From: Oscillospiraceae bacterium
Lineage (GTDB): Bacteria; Bacillota; Clostridia; Oscillospirales; Acutalibacteraceae
Assembly: GCA_003526845.1 (NCBI GenBank)
Contig: DPVM01000008.1
Span: 47,593 to 111,592, forward strand
Direction: 5' to 3'
Length of the DNA: 64,000 nucleotides
A program made the position numbers and the translations under genes. Below, piece by piece: positions 28,908 to 38,313 of this stretch. The notes beneath the pieces were generated by a model. The model did not search any database. It saw only the letters and a list, made by a program, of their open reading frames with translations, and was not told where the DNA came from. Numbering within the stretch: the stretch's first letter is position 1; each line of letters begins with the position of its first letter.

Positions 28908-30521
28908 ATGTATAATAAAGAAATGCTTGATTCAATGAAAAAAGTTGCCGAGGCAAGAGAGCGAAACACATATTTCGAGCCGCGCAGAATGACAGCGGAC
29001 GAAAAGGATACTCTTCTCGCAACTTTCCACCCCGATTACAAGGAGGATCAGTTCAGCGTCCTTAAAATCGGTGCCAATGCCGGCGAAAAAGTGCCATGCG
29101 AGCTTGCCGAGCTTTTGCAGGCTCATTCAAGAATTAAACCCGACAGCGTGGACCTTTCAAATCCCGATTACGATGTTGATGTGCTTATTATCGGCGGCGG
29201 CGGTGCAGGTGCATCTGCGGCTATCGAGGCTGATAACAACGGCGCAAAAACCATGATTGTAACAAAGCTTCGTATGGGCGACGCAAACACAATGATGGCA
29301 GAGGGCGGTATTCAGGCTGCCGACAAGCCAAACGATTCGCCTGCAATCCACTATATCGACGCTTTCGGCGGCGGTCACTTTGCCGCAAAGCCGGAGCTGC
29401 TTTACAAGCTCGTTACCGAGGCTCCCGAGGCTATTCAGTGGCTCAACAATTTGGGCGTTGAATTTGACAAGGCACCCGACGGCACAATGATTACAACTCA
29501 CGGCGGCGGAACATCAAGAAAAAGAATGCACGCCGCAAAGGACTATTCGGGTGCAGAGATTATGCGTACTCTTCGCGACGAGGTTCAAAACAGACAAATT
29601 CCGATTGTTGATTTTACAGCCGCAATTGAGATTATTAAGGACAGCGAAGGCAAGGCAGCAGGCGCAGTTCTTATGAATATGGAAACAAGCGAGCTTCTTG
29701 TTGCAAAGGCTAAAACAGTCATTATCGCGACAGGCGGCGCAGGCAGACTCCATTATCAGGGTTTCCCGACATCAAACCACTACGGTGCAACTGCCGACGG
29801 TCTTATTTTAGGTTACAGAGCCGGTGCAAAACTCCTTTATGCCGACACTCTTCAGTATCACCCGACAGGTGCGGCTTATCCGGAGCAGATTTTCGGTGCT
29901 CTTGTTACGGAGAAAGTTCGTTCGCTCGGCGCAAAGCTTGTCAATGTAAACGGCGAAGTATTTATGCATCCGCTTGAAACCCGTGATGTTTCTGCCGCAT
30001 CCATTATTCGTGAATGTACGGCAAGAGGCAACGGCGTTCATACGGACGACGGAGTCGGCGTTTGGCTCGACACCCCGATGATTGAGATTAAGGGCGGCGA
30101 GGGCACGATTGAAAAGAGAATTCCTGCCATGATGAGAATGTTCGGCAAATACGGCATTGATATTCGCAAGGAGCCTATTCTCGTTTATCCAACACTTCAC
30201 TATCAAAACGGCGGTCTTAACATTTCGGCAGACGGTATGACAAATATCGAAAACCTTTATGTTGCAGGCGAGGCAGTCGGCGGCATCCACGGCAGAAACA
30301 GACTTATGGGCAACTCGTTGCTTGATATTATTGTTTTCGGCAGAAATGCAGGAAAAACCGCATCCGCAAAATCAAAAGAGGTTGAGCTCGGCGAGCTTAC
30401 TCTTAAGCATGTTGATGATTTTGAGGAGCAAATCAAATCTGCCGGAATCGAAACGGATGTTGTTTCTCCGAAACTTCTTCCGCGCTATACTCACGGCAAC
30501 CCTCGTTTTGAGGTAAAATAA
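28908..30521 (+). CDS. Fumarate reductase / succinate dehydrogenase flavoprotein-like subunit (FrdA/SdhA/NadB family).
   Basis: The FAD Rossmann fold reads DVDVLIIGGGGAGASAAIEA. Substrate and active-site blocks RKRMHAAKDYSGAEI and LQYHPTG are present. The C-terminus has GNSLLD. The protein is 537 aa. Confidence 0.8.
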   Translation: MYNKEMLDSMKKVAEARERNTYFEPRRMTADEKDTLLATFHPDYKEDQFSVLKIGANAGEKVPCELAELLQAHSRIKPDSVDLSNPDYDVDVLIIGGGGAGASAAIEADNNGAKTMIVTKLRMGDANTMMAEGGIQAADKPNDSPAIHYIDAFGGGHFAAKPELLYKLVTEAPEAIQWLNNLGVEFDKAPDGTMITTHGGGTSRKRMHAAKDYSGAEIMRTLRDEVQNRQIPIVDFTAAIEIIKDSEGKAAGAVLMNMETSELLVAKAKTVIIATGGAGRLHYQGFPTSNHYGATADGLILGYRAGAKLLYADTLQYHPTGAAYPEQIFGALVTEKVRSLGAKLVNVNGEVFMHPLETRDVSAASIIRECTARGNGVHTDDGVGVWLDTPMIEIKGGEGTIEKRIPAMMRMFGKYGIDIRKEPILVYPTLHYQNGGLNISADGMTNIENLYVAGEAVGGIHGRNRLMGNSLLDIIVFGRNAGKTASAKSKEVELGELTLKHVDDFEEQIKSAGIETDVVSPKLLPRYTHGNPRFEVK

Positions 30522-30594
30522 AAGTTAATCATTTACCCACGGGCAAAACGGCAAGAGCTGTTTTGCCCGATTTCATCAAAGAATAGAGGATTTT

Positions 30595-31809
30595 ATGGAA
30601 CTGTTTAACGGAATACTCAGTATTCACGCAGTTAGTTTTTTAACCCTCAGTGTATTTGCAATTGCGGCATTGGGCTACATTTTGGGACGAATTACTGTCA
30701 AGGGCGTTGATTTGGGCACGGCAGGCGTGTTTGTAATTGCCCTTCTTTACGGCTGTTTTTGCTACAGCAATTTGACGCACGAGCTTACAATGACGGATGA
30801 AACCTTCGTCAAGGAGGCATTAAAAAATGTCGATAACATAGGGCTTGTGCTGTTCGTTACTTCGGTCGGCTTTATTGCAGGACCGACCTTTTTCAAAAAT
30901 TTGAAAAAGAATTTTAAATCGTATGTTTGCCTCGGACTTATAATTATTTTGTCCGCAAGTATTGTTTGCGTCATTTGTATTATGCTCGGTAAGGGCGATA
31001 CAGTCCACGAACATGAGGAGTTTAAAGCAATCCTTGTCGGTCTGCTGTCGGGCGCGCTCACGAGTACACCGGCATTCTCCGCGGCAAAGGATGCCGTAGG
31101 ACCGCAGTATGAGGATTTTGTTTCCGTAGGCTACGGCATTGCATATTTGTTCGGCGTTATAGGTGTTGTTCTTTTTGTTCAGCTTGTTCCCAAATTTGCA
31201 AAAGCAAATATGGAAGAAGAGGTCAAAAAAATTACCGCCGACAGCGACGGCGGCAGTAAAAGAATTTATAACGGCAAGCTTATCGAATTTGATTCGTTCG
31301 GCATAATGCCGTTTGCGCTTGCAGCGGTCCTTGGCATGATTATCGGTTCAATCAGCTACAAGGGCTTTTCGCTCACGACAACGGGCGGCTGTATTCTCGT
31401 TTCGCTTGTTATGGGTCATTTCGGCAGAATAGGAAAAATCAGCATAATGCCGAAGGGGAGCACACTTCGTGTGTTCCGTGAGCTTGGGCTTATGTTTTTC
31501 CTTATCGGTGCCGGAATCTCGGGCGGCGCAAAATTCGTTGAGGTTTTCAACGCAAAATATCTTTTCTACGGCGTGTTGATGACACTCATTCCAATGATTA
31601 TCGGCTTTCTGTTTGCAAAATATGTTCTCAAATTGCCGCTCCTTAACAATCTCGGCTCGATTACCGGCGGTATGACCTCAACACCTGCGCTCGGCACACT
31701 CATTCAGGTTTCGGGCACGGAGGATATTGCAACGGCATACGCCGCAACATATCCCATCGCGCTCATATCCGTAGTAATAGCCGCAAAGCTTATAGTTATG
31801 TTTTGTTAA
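30595..31809 (+). CDS. AAE-family (AspT/YidE/YbjL/SucE-type) transporter without RCK domains.
   Basis: There are two Asp-Al_Ex repeats. The N-terminus reads GYILGRITVKGVDLGTAGVFVIALLYG. The hallmark GGMTSTPALG is in the second repeat. The protein has about 10 TM segments. Confidence 0.75.
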   Translation: MELFNGILSIHAVSFLTLSVFAIAALGYILGRITVKGVDLGTAGVFVIALLYGCFCYSNLTHELTMTDETFVKEALKNVDNIGLVLFVTSVGFIAGPTFFKNLKKNFKSYVCLGLIIILSASIVCVICIMLGKGDTVHEHEEFKAILVGLLSGALTSTPAFSAAKDAVGPQYEDFVSVGYGIAYLFGVIGVVLFVQLVPKFAKANMEEEVKKITADSDGGSKRIYNGKLIEFDSFGIMPFALAAVLGMIIGSISYKGFSLTTTGGCILVSLVMGHFGRIGKISIMPKGSTLRVFRELGLMFFLIGAGISGGAKFVEVFNAKYLFYGVLMTLIPMIIGFLFAKYVLKLPLLNNLGSITGGMTSTPALGTLIQVSGTEDIATAYAATYPIALISVVIAAKLIVMFC

Positions 31810-31840
31810 ATTTTGTTTATAAACGATTTGGGGGAACGAG

Positions 31841-32558
31841 CTTGAACAACTTATTTATACAAGGAGTACTGTTTGAATGGAATGAAATAGAGCCAAACAG
31901 CTACATCAGGACTATTGAGTCCTTGCGTGATGTAGAAAAAATCGAATTTCAAAGCCCCGTTTCGCTGTTTGTAGGCGAAAACGGAACGGGAAAATCGACA
32001 TTGCTTGAGGCAATTGCCGTTGCACACGGTTTTAATCCCGAGGGCGGCACAAAAAACTATGTTTTTTCAACTTATGATTCTCATTCCGAATTATGCGATG
32101 CAATACGAATTGCAAAGGGCTACAGAAAAGAAAAATGGGGATATTTTTTGAGAGCGGAAAGTTTTTATAATGTTGCCACCCAAGAAGAAAAATATGCCGA
32201 CATTGCGCACCCGTCAATGCAATATCACAAAAAGTCACACGGAGAAAGTTTTTTGGATTTGGCACAAGACAATATTAAGTCAAACGGCTTGTATTTGCTC
32301 GACGAGCCGGAGGCAGCCCTTTCTCCGCAAAGGCAGTTGACATTGCTGACGCAGATATACAAATGCGCAAATGATGGCGCGCAATTCATTATAGCTACAC
32401 ATTCTCCGATTTTGTTGGGTATTCCCAATGCTCAAATATTTTGCTTTGACAACAGCAAAATACATACATGCACCTACGAGGAAACCGACAGCTATAAGAT
32501 TACCGAAATGTTTATAAACAATCGCAAAAGCTTCCTCCAAAAACTCTTGGATGAATAA
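31841..32558 (+). CDS. Standalone AAA_21 / ABC-like ATPase (COG3910-type predicted ATPase).
   Basis: Walker A (GENGTGKSTLLEAIA), Walker B (LYLLDEPEAALSPQRQ) and an H-loop (ATHSP) are present. I called a TTG start at 31841 after a GGGGGA RBS. The ORF track begins at a TTG at 31803. Confidence 0.55.
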
Positions 32559-32582
32559 TAATTAAAATGCTTTAAATAAAAT

Positions 32583-32616
32583 CATAACCACCGGTTCAAC
32601 CGGTGGTTATGATTGT
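32583..32616. terminator. Bidirectional rho-independent terminator.
   Basis: The near-perfect palindrome is cataaccaccggtt c aaccggtggttatg, flanked by A/T runs. Confidence 0.7.
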
Positions 32617-32749
32617 TTAAGCATTCTTTTCCTATCATCAATGATGAAATAATACTCCAAAGTATCAAAAAGTAACTCCCAAAGCGTCAACTTGACACTT
32701 TGGGATTTTTCTTGGCACTTTTGAATTACTTATGTTTGCACTAATATAG

Positions 32750-33785
32750 TTATTTTGCATCCTTTAAGGGTGCTTTTTTTCGTACTTTTAGTCCGCATAG
32801 AAAACGAAACAGATTGTTGCTGTCCATAATTTTGGATACAACGATGCTGATTAAATAACAGAAAGTGAAAATCAAAAGGATAACCAGTATCGGATTGGTG
32901 ATGCCGAGTTTGCTTACAAAAAGCCAGCGGCTGCCAGTCATCAGAAAGCCGTTGAGAAGATAAATTTGCAACGAGTATTTACCGCTGAATATCAGTGGTT
33001 TTCTGATTGCGGACGGTACTTTGACCAGCGTAAAAAATCCTGCGATGCAAGTGCAGGCGGTGAGCGCAGAAATATACTTGCCGATACAATCATAAACGCC
33101 CGGCGCATAGTGGCGCAGTACGCCAAACGACAGTGCAAATAAAAGTACGCTGCCGAGCGTGAGACAAAGAAGGCGCTTCTTTTGCTTTACCTTTTGAAAG
33201 TCGAACGACTTTAGCATTATGCCGATGATATAATATGTAGCATTATAAATGACATTGTTAAGACTGCAAATGCTGGTTATGTCAAAGGCTGCGGAAATTG
33301 CAACAAAGATGCCAATCAGCAGTATGCCGAATAAAGAACTTTTTTGAATCAGTTTTAAGAACAGAGGCGCCAATGCAGACAGTACAAACAGCGTGTATAA
33401 AAACCAATAGGTGCCCGATGAATAGCCCTGAAAGAAAAGTTGAAAGACAGCGCTTTTTAAGTCGACTTGTCTATTAACAATACTACTACCGGCGATTTTG
33501 CACACAGTGGCAATTGTACTGAAAACAACATAGGGAACCAAAATGCGCTTTGTTCGAGAAAGAAGGTATTGTCCGTAGTGCTTTTCATGATAAGTGCACA
33601 AAAAACTGGAAATGATAAAAAACATGGGCATTTGGTACGCATCTACAAATAATTTAATAGATAAACACCACGGAATTGCTTCCAAGTTAATTGGATAAAC
33701 AATGATAGAGTGGCATAATAGAACAGATAGAATTGCAATGCCTTTTAGAATATCAATCAGTTCAATGTGTTTTTTTGCGGGCATA
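32750..33785 (-). CDS. Acyltransferase family 3 (OatA-like) integral membrane O-acyltransferase.
   Basis: The N-terminus MPAKKHIELIDILKGIAILSVLLCHSI is the acyltransferase-3 signature. The protein has about 10 TM segments. The start was chosen after a GGAGA RBS. The ORF-track start at 33865 lacks an RBS. Confidence 0.7.
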
Positions 33786-33949
33786 GGTTGTGTCTCCATG
33801 TAATACTTTATTTTGTATATTCGTACTTGGTAAGTATAGCAGGTATAAAATCGTTTGTCAAACAAAGCAAACTCGCCGGCAGAAACCCGGCAGAGGTGAA
33901 ACTTCGATGATTTTTGTAGAGTTTGATTTTATAAAACTTGAGAAAAAGA

Positions 33950-33986
33950 AAAAAGCCTGAAATCGACTTGATTACAGGCTTTTTGT
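33950..33986 (-). terminator. Rho-independent terminator downstream of tRNA-Ser.
   Basis: The stem is gcctgaaatc / gattacaggc, followed by TTTTT on the minus strand. Confidence 0.55.
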
Positions 33987-34076
33987 GGCGCAGCGGGTGG
34001 GATTTGAACCCACGGGCGCACGAAACGCACGATGGATTTCGAGTCCATGCCGTTATGACCTCTTCGGTACCGCTGC
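33986..34076 (-). tRNA. tRNA-Ser(CGA), 91 nt, type II with a long variable arm.
   Basis: The reverse complement is GCAGCGGTACCGAAGAGGTCATAACGGCATGGACTCGAAATCCATCGTGCGTTTCGTGCGCCCGTGGGTTCAAATCCCACCCGCTGCGCCA. The 7-bp acceptor stem is GCAGCGG/CCGCTGC. The anticodon stem is ATGGA/TCCAT with loop CTCGAAA (anticodon CGA). The T-arm reads GTGGGTTCAAATCCCAC. The 3' CCA is encoded. Confidence 0.8.
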
Positions 34077-34189
34077 ATTTTTGACTTATTAATTTTACCA
34101 TTATAAATTGTATTTGTCAAATAAATATGCTATTATATATTAAATTATTTTAAAAATTTCTTATTTTGCGGCAAGAAAGGTAAATAATT

Positions 34190-34801
34190 ATGGTTGCAAT
34201 CATTGATTACGGTGCCGGAAATCTGCAAAGCGTCAAAAAAGCGCTTGATTTTCTTGGATACGAAAGCGAAATTACTATGGACAGAGAAAAAATTCTCTCT
34301 GCCTCCCATGTCATTCTTCCCGGTGTAGGCTCGTTCGGCGATGCCATGGCATCAATCAGGGAGCGTGGACTTGAGGACATAATTAAACAGGCGGCGTCGG
34401 GAGAAAAACATTTTCTCGGCATTTGCCTCGGTCTTCAGCTTATGTTTGAAAAGAGCGACGAAACTCCCGGTGTTGAGGGACTCGGCATTTTTAAGGGTGA
34501 TATTGTCAAAATTCCGAGCGAAAACGGACTTAAGGTTCCGCATATTGGTTGGAATTCAATCAACCTGAAGCAAACCGACGGCATTTTCAACGGTATTAAG
34601 GACGGCAGTTATTTCTATTTCGTTCATTCGTATTATCTTAAGAACGCCGACGCGGATGTTGTTGCGGCAACGGCTCAATACGGCGTTGAAATTGAATGTG
34701 CAATTCAAAAGGGCAGGGTTTGCGCAACACAGTTCCACCCCGAAAAAAGCAGTGAAACGGGACTTCGACTGCTCAAAAACTTTATGGAAGCGGAGGATTG
34801 A
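34190..34801 (+). CDS. hisH: Imidazole glycerol phosphate synthase glutaminase subunit HisH (class I glutamine amidotransferase).
   Basis: The N-terminus [23 protein letters not shown] is typical. The catalytic Cys lies in GICLGLQL and the His in FHPEKS. Confidence 0.85.
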   Translation: MVAIIDYGAGNLQSVKKALDFLGYESEITMDREKILSASHVILPGVGSFGDAMASIRERGLEDIIKQAASGEKHFLGICLGLQLMFEKSDETPGVEGLGIFKGDIVKIPSENGLKVPHIGWNSINLKQTDGIFNGIKDGSYFYFVHSYYLKNADADVVAATAQYGVEIECAIQKGRVCATQFHPEKSSETGLRLLKNFMEAED

Positions 34802-34804
34802 GCC

Positions 34805-35563
34805 ATGTATGCAAAAAGAATTATCCCTTGCCTTGATGTCAAAAACGGCAGAGTTGTAAAGGGCGTTTCATTTGTAGATTTGAGAGATGCAGGCGACCCG
34901 GTTGAGTGCGCCGCGGCGTATGACAGGCAGGGCGCGGACGAGCTTGTTTTGTTGGATATTACAGCTACTCACGAGGGCAGGAGCACGATGGTTGACATTG
35001 TGTCGCGCGTTGCAAACACAGTGTTTATTCCGTTTACTGTCGGCGGCGGCATCAAAACCGTTGACGATTTTAAGGAGCTTTTGCGTGCAGGAGCTGACAA
35101 AATCAGCGTTAATTCAGCGGCTGTAAGAAATCCCGATTTAATCAACGAGGCGGCGTATAAATTCGGCTCGCAGTGCGTTGTGTGTGCGATTGATGCAAAA
35201 AGGCGCGAAAACGGCGGCTGGGAGGTATATCTCAACGGCGGCAGAATCCCGACGGGTATTGATGCCGTTGAATGGGCGATTGAGGCAGAGCGCAGAGGCG
35301 CAGGCGAAATTTTGCTCACTTCCATGGACTGCGATGGTCAGAAAAACGGCTACGATATAGAACTTACCGCCGTTGTCAGCGAAAATGTAGGCATTCCCGT
35401 TATTGCATCGGGCGGTGCAGGCAAGGCAGAGCATTTTTACGATGCTTTCACAAAGGGCAAGGCCGACGCTGTGCTTGCGGCAAGCCTCTTCCATTTTAAC
35501 GAACTTCCTGTTCCCGAGCTGAAAAAATATTTAAACGAAAAGGGAATACCCGTTAGGCTTTGA
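34805..35563 (+). CDS. hisF: Imidazole glycerol phosphate synthase cyclase subunit HisF.
   Basis: The sequence is near-canonical HisF throughout, including [36 protein letters not shown] and PVIASGGAG. Confidence 0.9.
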   Translation: MYAKRIIPCLDVKNGRVVKGVSFVDLRDAGDPVECAAAYDRQGADELVLLDITATHEGRSTMVDIVSRVANTVFIPFTVGGGIKTVDDFKELLRAGADKISVNSAAVRNPDLINEAAYKFGSQCVVCAIDAKRRENGGWEVYLNGGRIPTGIDAVEWAIEAERRGAGEILLTSMDCDGQKNGYDIELTAVVSENVGIPVIASGGAGKAEHFYDAFTKGKADAVLAASLFHFNELPVPELKKYLNEKGIPVRL

Positions 35564-35567
35564 TTTT

Positions 35568-36557
35568 ATGGCTGAAAAAAAGATAAATAAATGTCTTAAT
35601 TTTGCAAAAGGCGTTGCGTGCATTCTTGTTGTATTTATACACTGCCAATTTCCGCCACCGGTCGGAAGGTATGTGATAAGCATTGCAAGGGCGGCTGTGC
35701 CGCTGTTCTTTATGGTGTCGGGCTATTTTTGCTTTTACGACGACCGACAAAGGCTCTTTGAACGCCTGCCGCAGAAAATAAGGCATATCGCAAGACTGTC
35801 AATCGGCGCAGTGGTGCTGTATATTGTGTGGGATTTGGTGAAACTTTTGCTCACACAGTCGTCATTTTATGCGTGGACAGGAAAATTCACCGTCGATTGG
35901 CTGTTTCAATTTTTAATTTTTAATAATACGGATGCGATAAATACGGCGTTGTGGTTTTTCTTTGCGCTTTTGTATTGCTATGGCTTGTATTATGTGATAA
36001 ACAAGCTTAATTTGCTTGGGGTATTTTATCGGCTGATGCCGATATTGTTTGTTGCATTTTATGTTTTACTGCACGCGGCTGATTTGTTCGGCAAAGCCGT
36101 GCCGACATGCTTTTACAGAAACGCGTATTTAGAGGGCTTGCCGTTCTTTTTGCTCGGAAATCTGCTGTTTAAGCACAAGAAAAGAATTAAGCGCCTCGGC
36201 GTTAAGTTTGCTTTGCCGTTCACGGTTGCAGGTGCGATAGGCAGTATCGTTGAGCAGTCAGTGTATGCAAGATGGACTCCGTGCCTGTATTACACCTCGA
36301 TTTTGCTTGTCGGCGGCGTGTTTATGCTGTGCGTAGTGTATGAGGACAGGGAAATATCGTCGCCTGTTGAAAAACTCGGCGGCAAATACTCGCTTTATGT
36401 TTATTTGTTCCACCCGATGATTTTCGCCTTACTCGGTATGATTGAGCTAAACAGTGAGCTTTGGCGCTATTTGATGCCGTTTGTCGTGCTTTTACTTTCG
36501 ATAATCGGCTCGGTTTTATATGTTAAAATCAAAGAAAACAAAAGACAGCGTATGTAG
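35568..36557 (+). CDS. Acyltransferase family 3 membrane protein.
   Basis: The protein is multi-TM. Its N-terminal His-containing block reads AKGVACILVVFIHCQF. Confidence 0.7.
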   Translation: MAEKKINKCLNFAKGVACILVVFIHCQFPPPVGRYVISIARAAVPLFFMVSGYFCFYDDRQRLFERLPQKIRHIARLSIGAVVLYIVWDLVKLLLTQSSFYAWTGKFTVDWLFQFLIFNNTDAINTALWFFFALLYCYGLYYVINKLNLLGVFYRLMPILFVAFYVLLHAADLFGKAVPTCFYRNAYLEGLPFFLLGNLLFKHKKRIKRLGVKFALPFTVAGAIGSIVEQSVYARWTPCLYYTSILLVGGVFMLCVVYEDREISSPVEKLGGKYSLYVYLFHPMIFALLGMIELNSELWRYLMPFVVLLLSIIGSVLYVKIKENKRQRM

Positions 36558-36585
36558 TGTGTTGAACTGCATACGCTGTTTTCTT
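36545..36585. terminator. Bidirectional terminator that overlaps the acyltransferase stop codon.
   Basis: The stem is acagcgtatg / catacgctgt, with T-runs on both strands. Confidence 0.6.
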
Positions 36586-36600
36586 ATGTGTTATTTAATT

Positions 36601-38313
36601 TTATTGCGAAATTCTGAAAACTTTTACACCGTGCGGCGGAATGTTTGTAGAAATAGCATCGTTATGCGTGTAATCATTGTCCCACAAATTGTGGATTTGA
36701 TAATCTGCCGCTTTTTCAAAGCCGAGATATTCCTCGTTTGCCAAATCGTCAATATTAAGTTCAACGGACTTTGGCTTTTTTGATTTGTTGAAAAAGCAAA
36801 CAACAGTGTCGCCGTTGTTTAGCGGCCTTGCAAGAATATCAACCGAGCCTTGCTTGCCGATTTTTTTAGCCGGCTTCATAAGCGGGTCTTGGTCGATTAA
36901 AATGAGGCTTTTGTTTGTAACAATGTCAAGTATAACCTTGCTGTCGTTTGTGCCGTCAAGGAGTTTTCTGATGTCGTTTCCGAGCACAAGCGGTGCCGCC
37001 ATCATACACCAAAGGGTGAAATGCGACCTGTTTTCCTCAAATGTGAGCTTTCCGTTTCCGACCTCGAGCATATCGGGGTCGTTTGTATGTCCCGGTCTTG
37101 CGTATTTATAAAGCTTGATATTGTGATTGTAAATATGTAAAATGCTAAACCAATTCGGTGCAATATCGGGCGTTGTGCGCCACATATTGCCTGCCTTTGC
37201 GCCCCAAATGTACGGCTTTGAAAATCCCCATTCGCATATTGAAAATGTGATTGGTTTGATTTCTCCGCCGGTCAGCTTTGCCCATTCGTACGACGCGGTT
37301 TTGAGTGCGTCACTCATTCGCTTGTATTGAGTGTATGCCGAGTCAGCCTTGGTTACTATCGGATTTTGCAAAACAAGCGTATTTACGCCGCTTTCAAGCT
37401 GAATTTCGGCTTGAAGTCTTGCATCGGGTGTAAACGATCTCCCGTTTGGGAAAAACAGCTCGTAAACCGTTCCGTTTATTACAACCTGCAAGTATTGGCG
37501 TGAGTTGAGCTTTGCCTTGTGATAGTGAACGGTGAGAATATATTTGCCCGAAACGGGTGCGTCAAATTCAAACGACGCAGTGCCTGCATTGTGGTTTAAA
37601 TAAGCCATTGCCTTGCCGCTCGGCACATTACATTTTACTGTTCTTGCCATGCCTGTGTACGCCGCCTTTTCGGGAGTCAGGCGGATGCTTGCTCTTTCAC
37701 CCGGCTTGTTAATGTCGAGATATTCAATCATCGGCGATAAGCCGGATATTTTTTTGTTGTGGCAAAAATCGTATTTGAGATATTCAATACCCCATGACGC
37801 AAAGGTTTTTGCATCCAAAAGCTCGTTGCCGAGCGATGCGGGCAAATCCTCGCAGGTGAGTGTGCCGTTTGACGAATAAATGCCGGTTTTAAGTCCGAGC
37901 GCGTTTATTCTTTTGCACAAGCCCTCAATGCCTGAGGGGAACGATTCAAGGTCGCCTTGGAGCATGCCGTTTTTGTCACGCATTGAACTGTGCCAGCAGT
38001 CATCAAGGTTTACATATTTATATCCTGCGTCGGCAAGCCCTGTTTCTTTCATTGCCTTTGCTGTTTCAATTATGGTGTCCTCGTCGATATGGTTGCGCAG
38101 TGTGTTCCAGCTTGACCAGCCCATCAGCGGAGAAGGGGAAACGCCGTTGTCATAATCATCCTCGTTTTCAATATCTATTGTCAGCTTTGACGAGCCGAGG
38201 TGCTTGAGCGCACAAATCGGGCATTTGCCGTCTGCCTTCATTGCGGCAAACCATATGGCAAAGACAATTATTGCGATTATTAAAATAACAGCAAGTATGA
38301 TTAAAAATGTCAT
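36601..38313 (-). CDS. Glycoside hydrolase family 27 alpha-galactosidase (melibiase) with an N-terminal membrane anchor.
   Basis: The N-terminal TM segment is MTFLIILAVILIIAIIVFAIWFAA. The GH27 catalytic region PLMGWSSWNTLRNHIDE ... YKYVNLDDCW is present. There is a C-terminal beta-sandwich region. The protein is 570 aa. Confidence 0.8.
   Translation of the reverse strand: MTFLIILAVILIIAIIVFAIWFAAMKADGKCPICALKHLGSSKLTIDIENEDDYDNGVSPSPLMGWSSWNTLRNHIDEDTIIETAKAMKETGLADAGYKYVNLDDCWHSSMRDKNGMLQGDLESFPSGIEGLCKRINALGLKTGIYSSNGTLTCEDLPASLGNELLDAKTFASWGIEYLKYDFCHNKKISGLSPMIEYLDINKPGERASIRLTPEKAAYTGMARTVKCNVPSGKAMAYLNHNAGTASFEFDAPVSGKYILTVHYHKAKLNSRQYLQVVINGTVYELFFPNGRSFTPDARLQAEIQLESGVNTLVLQNPIVTKADSAYTQYKRMSDALKTASYEWAKLTGGEIKPITFSICEWGFSKPYIWGAKAGNMWRTTPDIAPNWFSILHIYNHNIKLYKYARPGHTNDPDMLEVGNGKLTFEENRSHFTLWCMMAAPLVLGNDIRKLLDGTNDSKVILDIVTNKSLILIDQDPLMKPAKKIGKQGSVDILARPLNNGDTVVCFFNKSKKPKSVELNIDDLANEEYLGFEKAADYQIHNLWDNDYTHNDAISTNIPPHGVKVFRISQ

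Noticed and set aside
33808-34120. Two minus-strand ORFs of 97 and 63 aa
   Set aside because: They overlap the tRNA-Ser gene and its terminator, and the acyltransferase promoter region. The tRNA structure explains the sequence.
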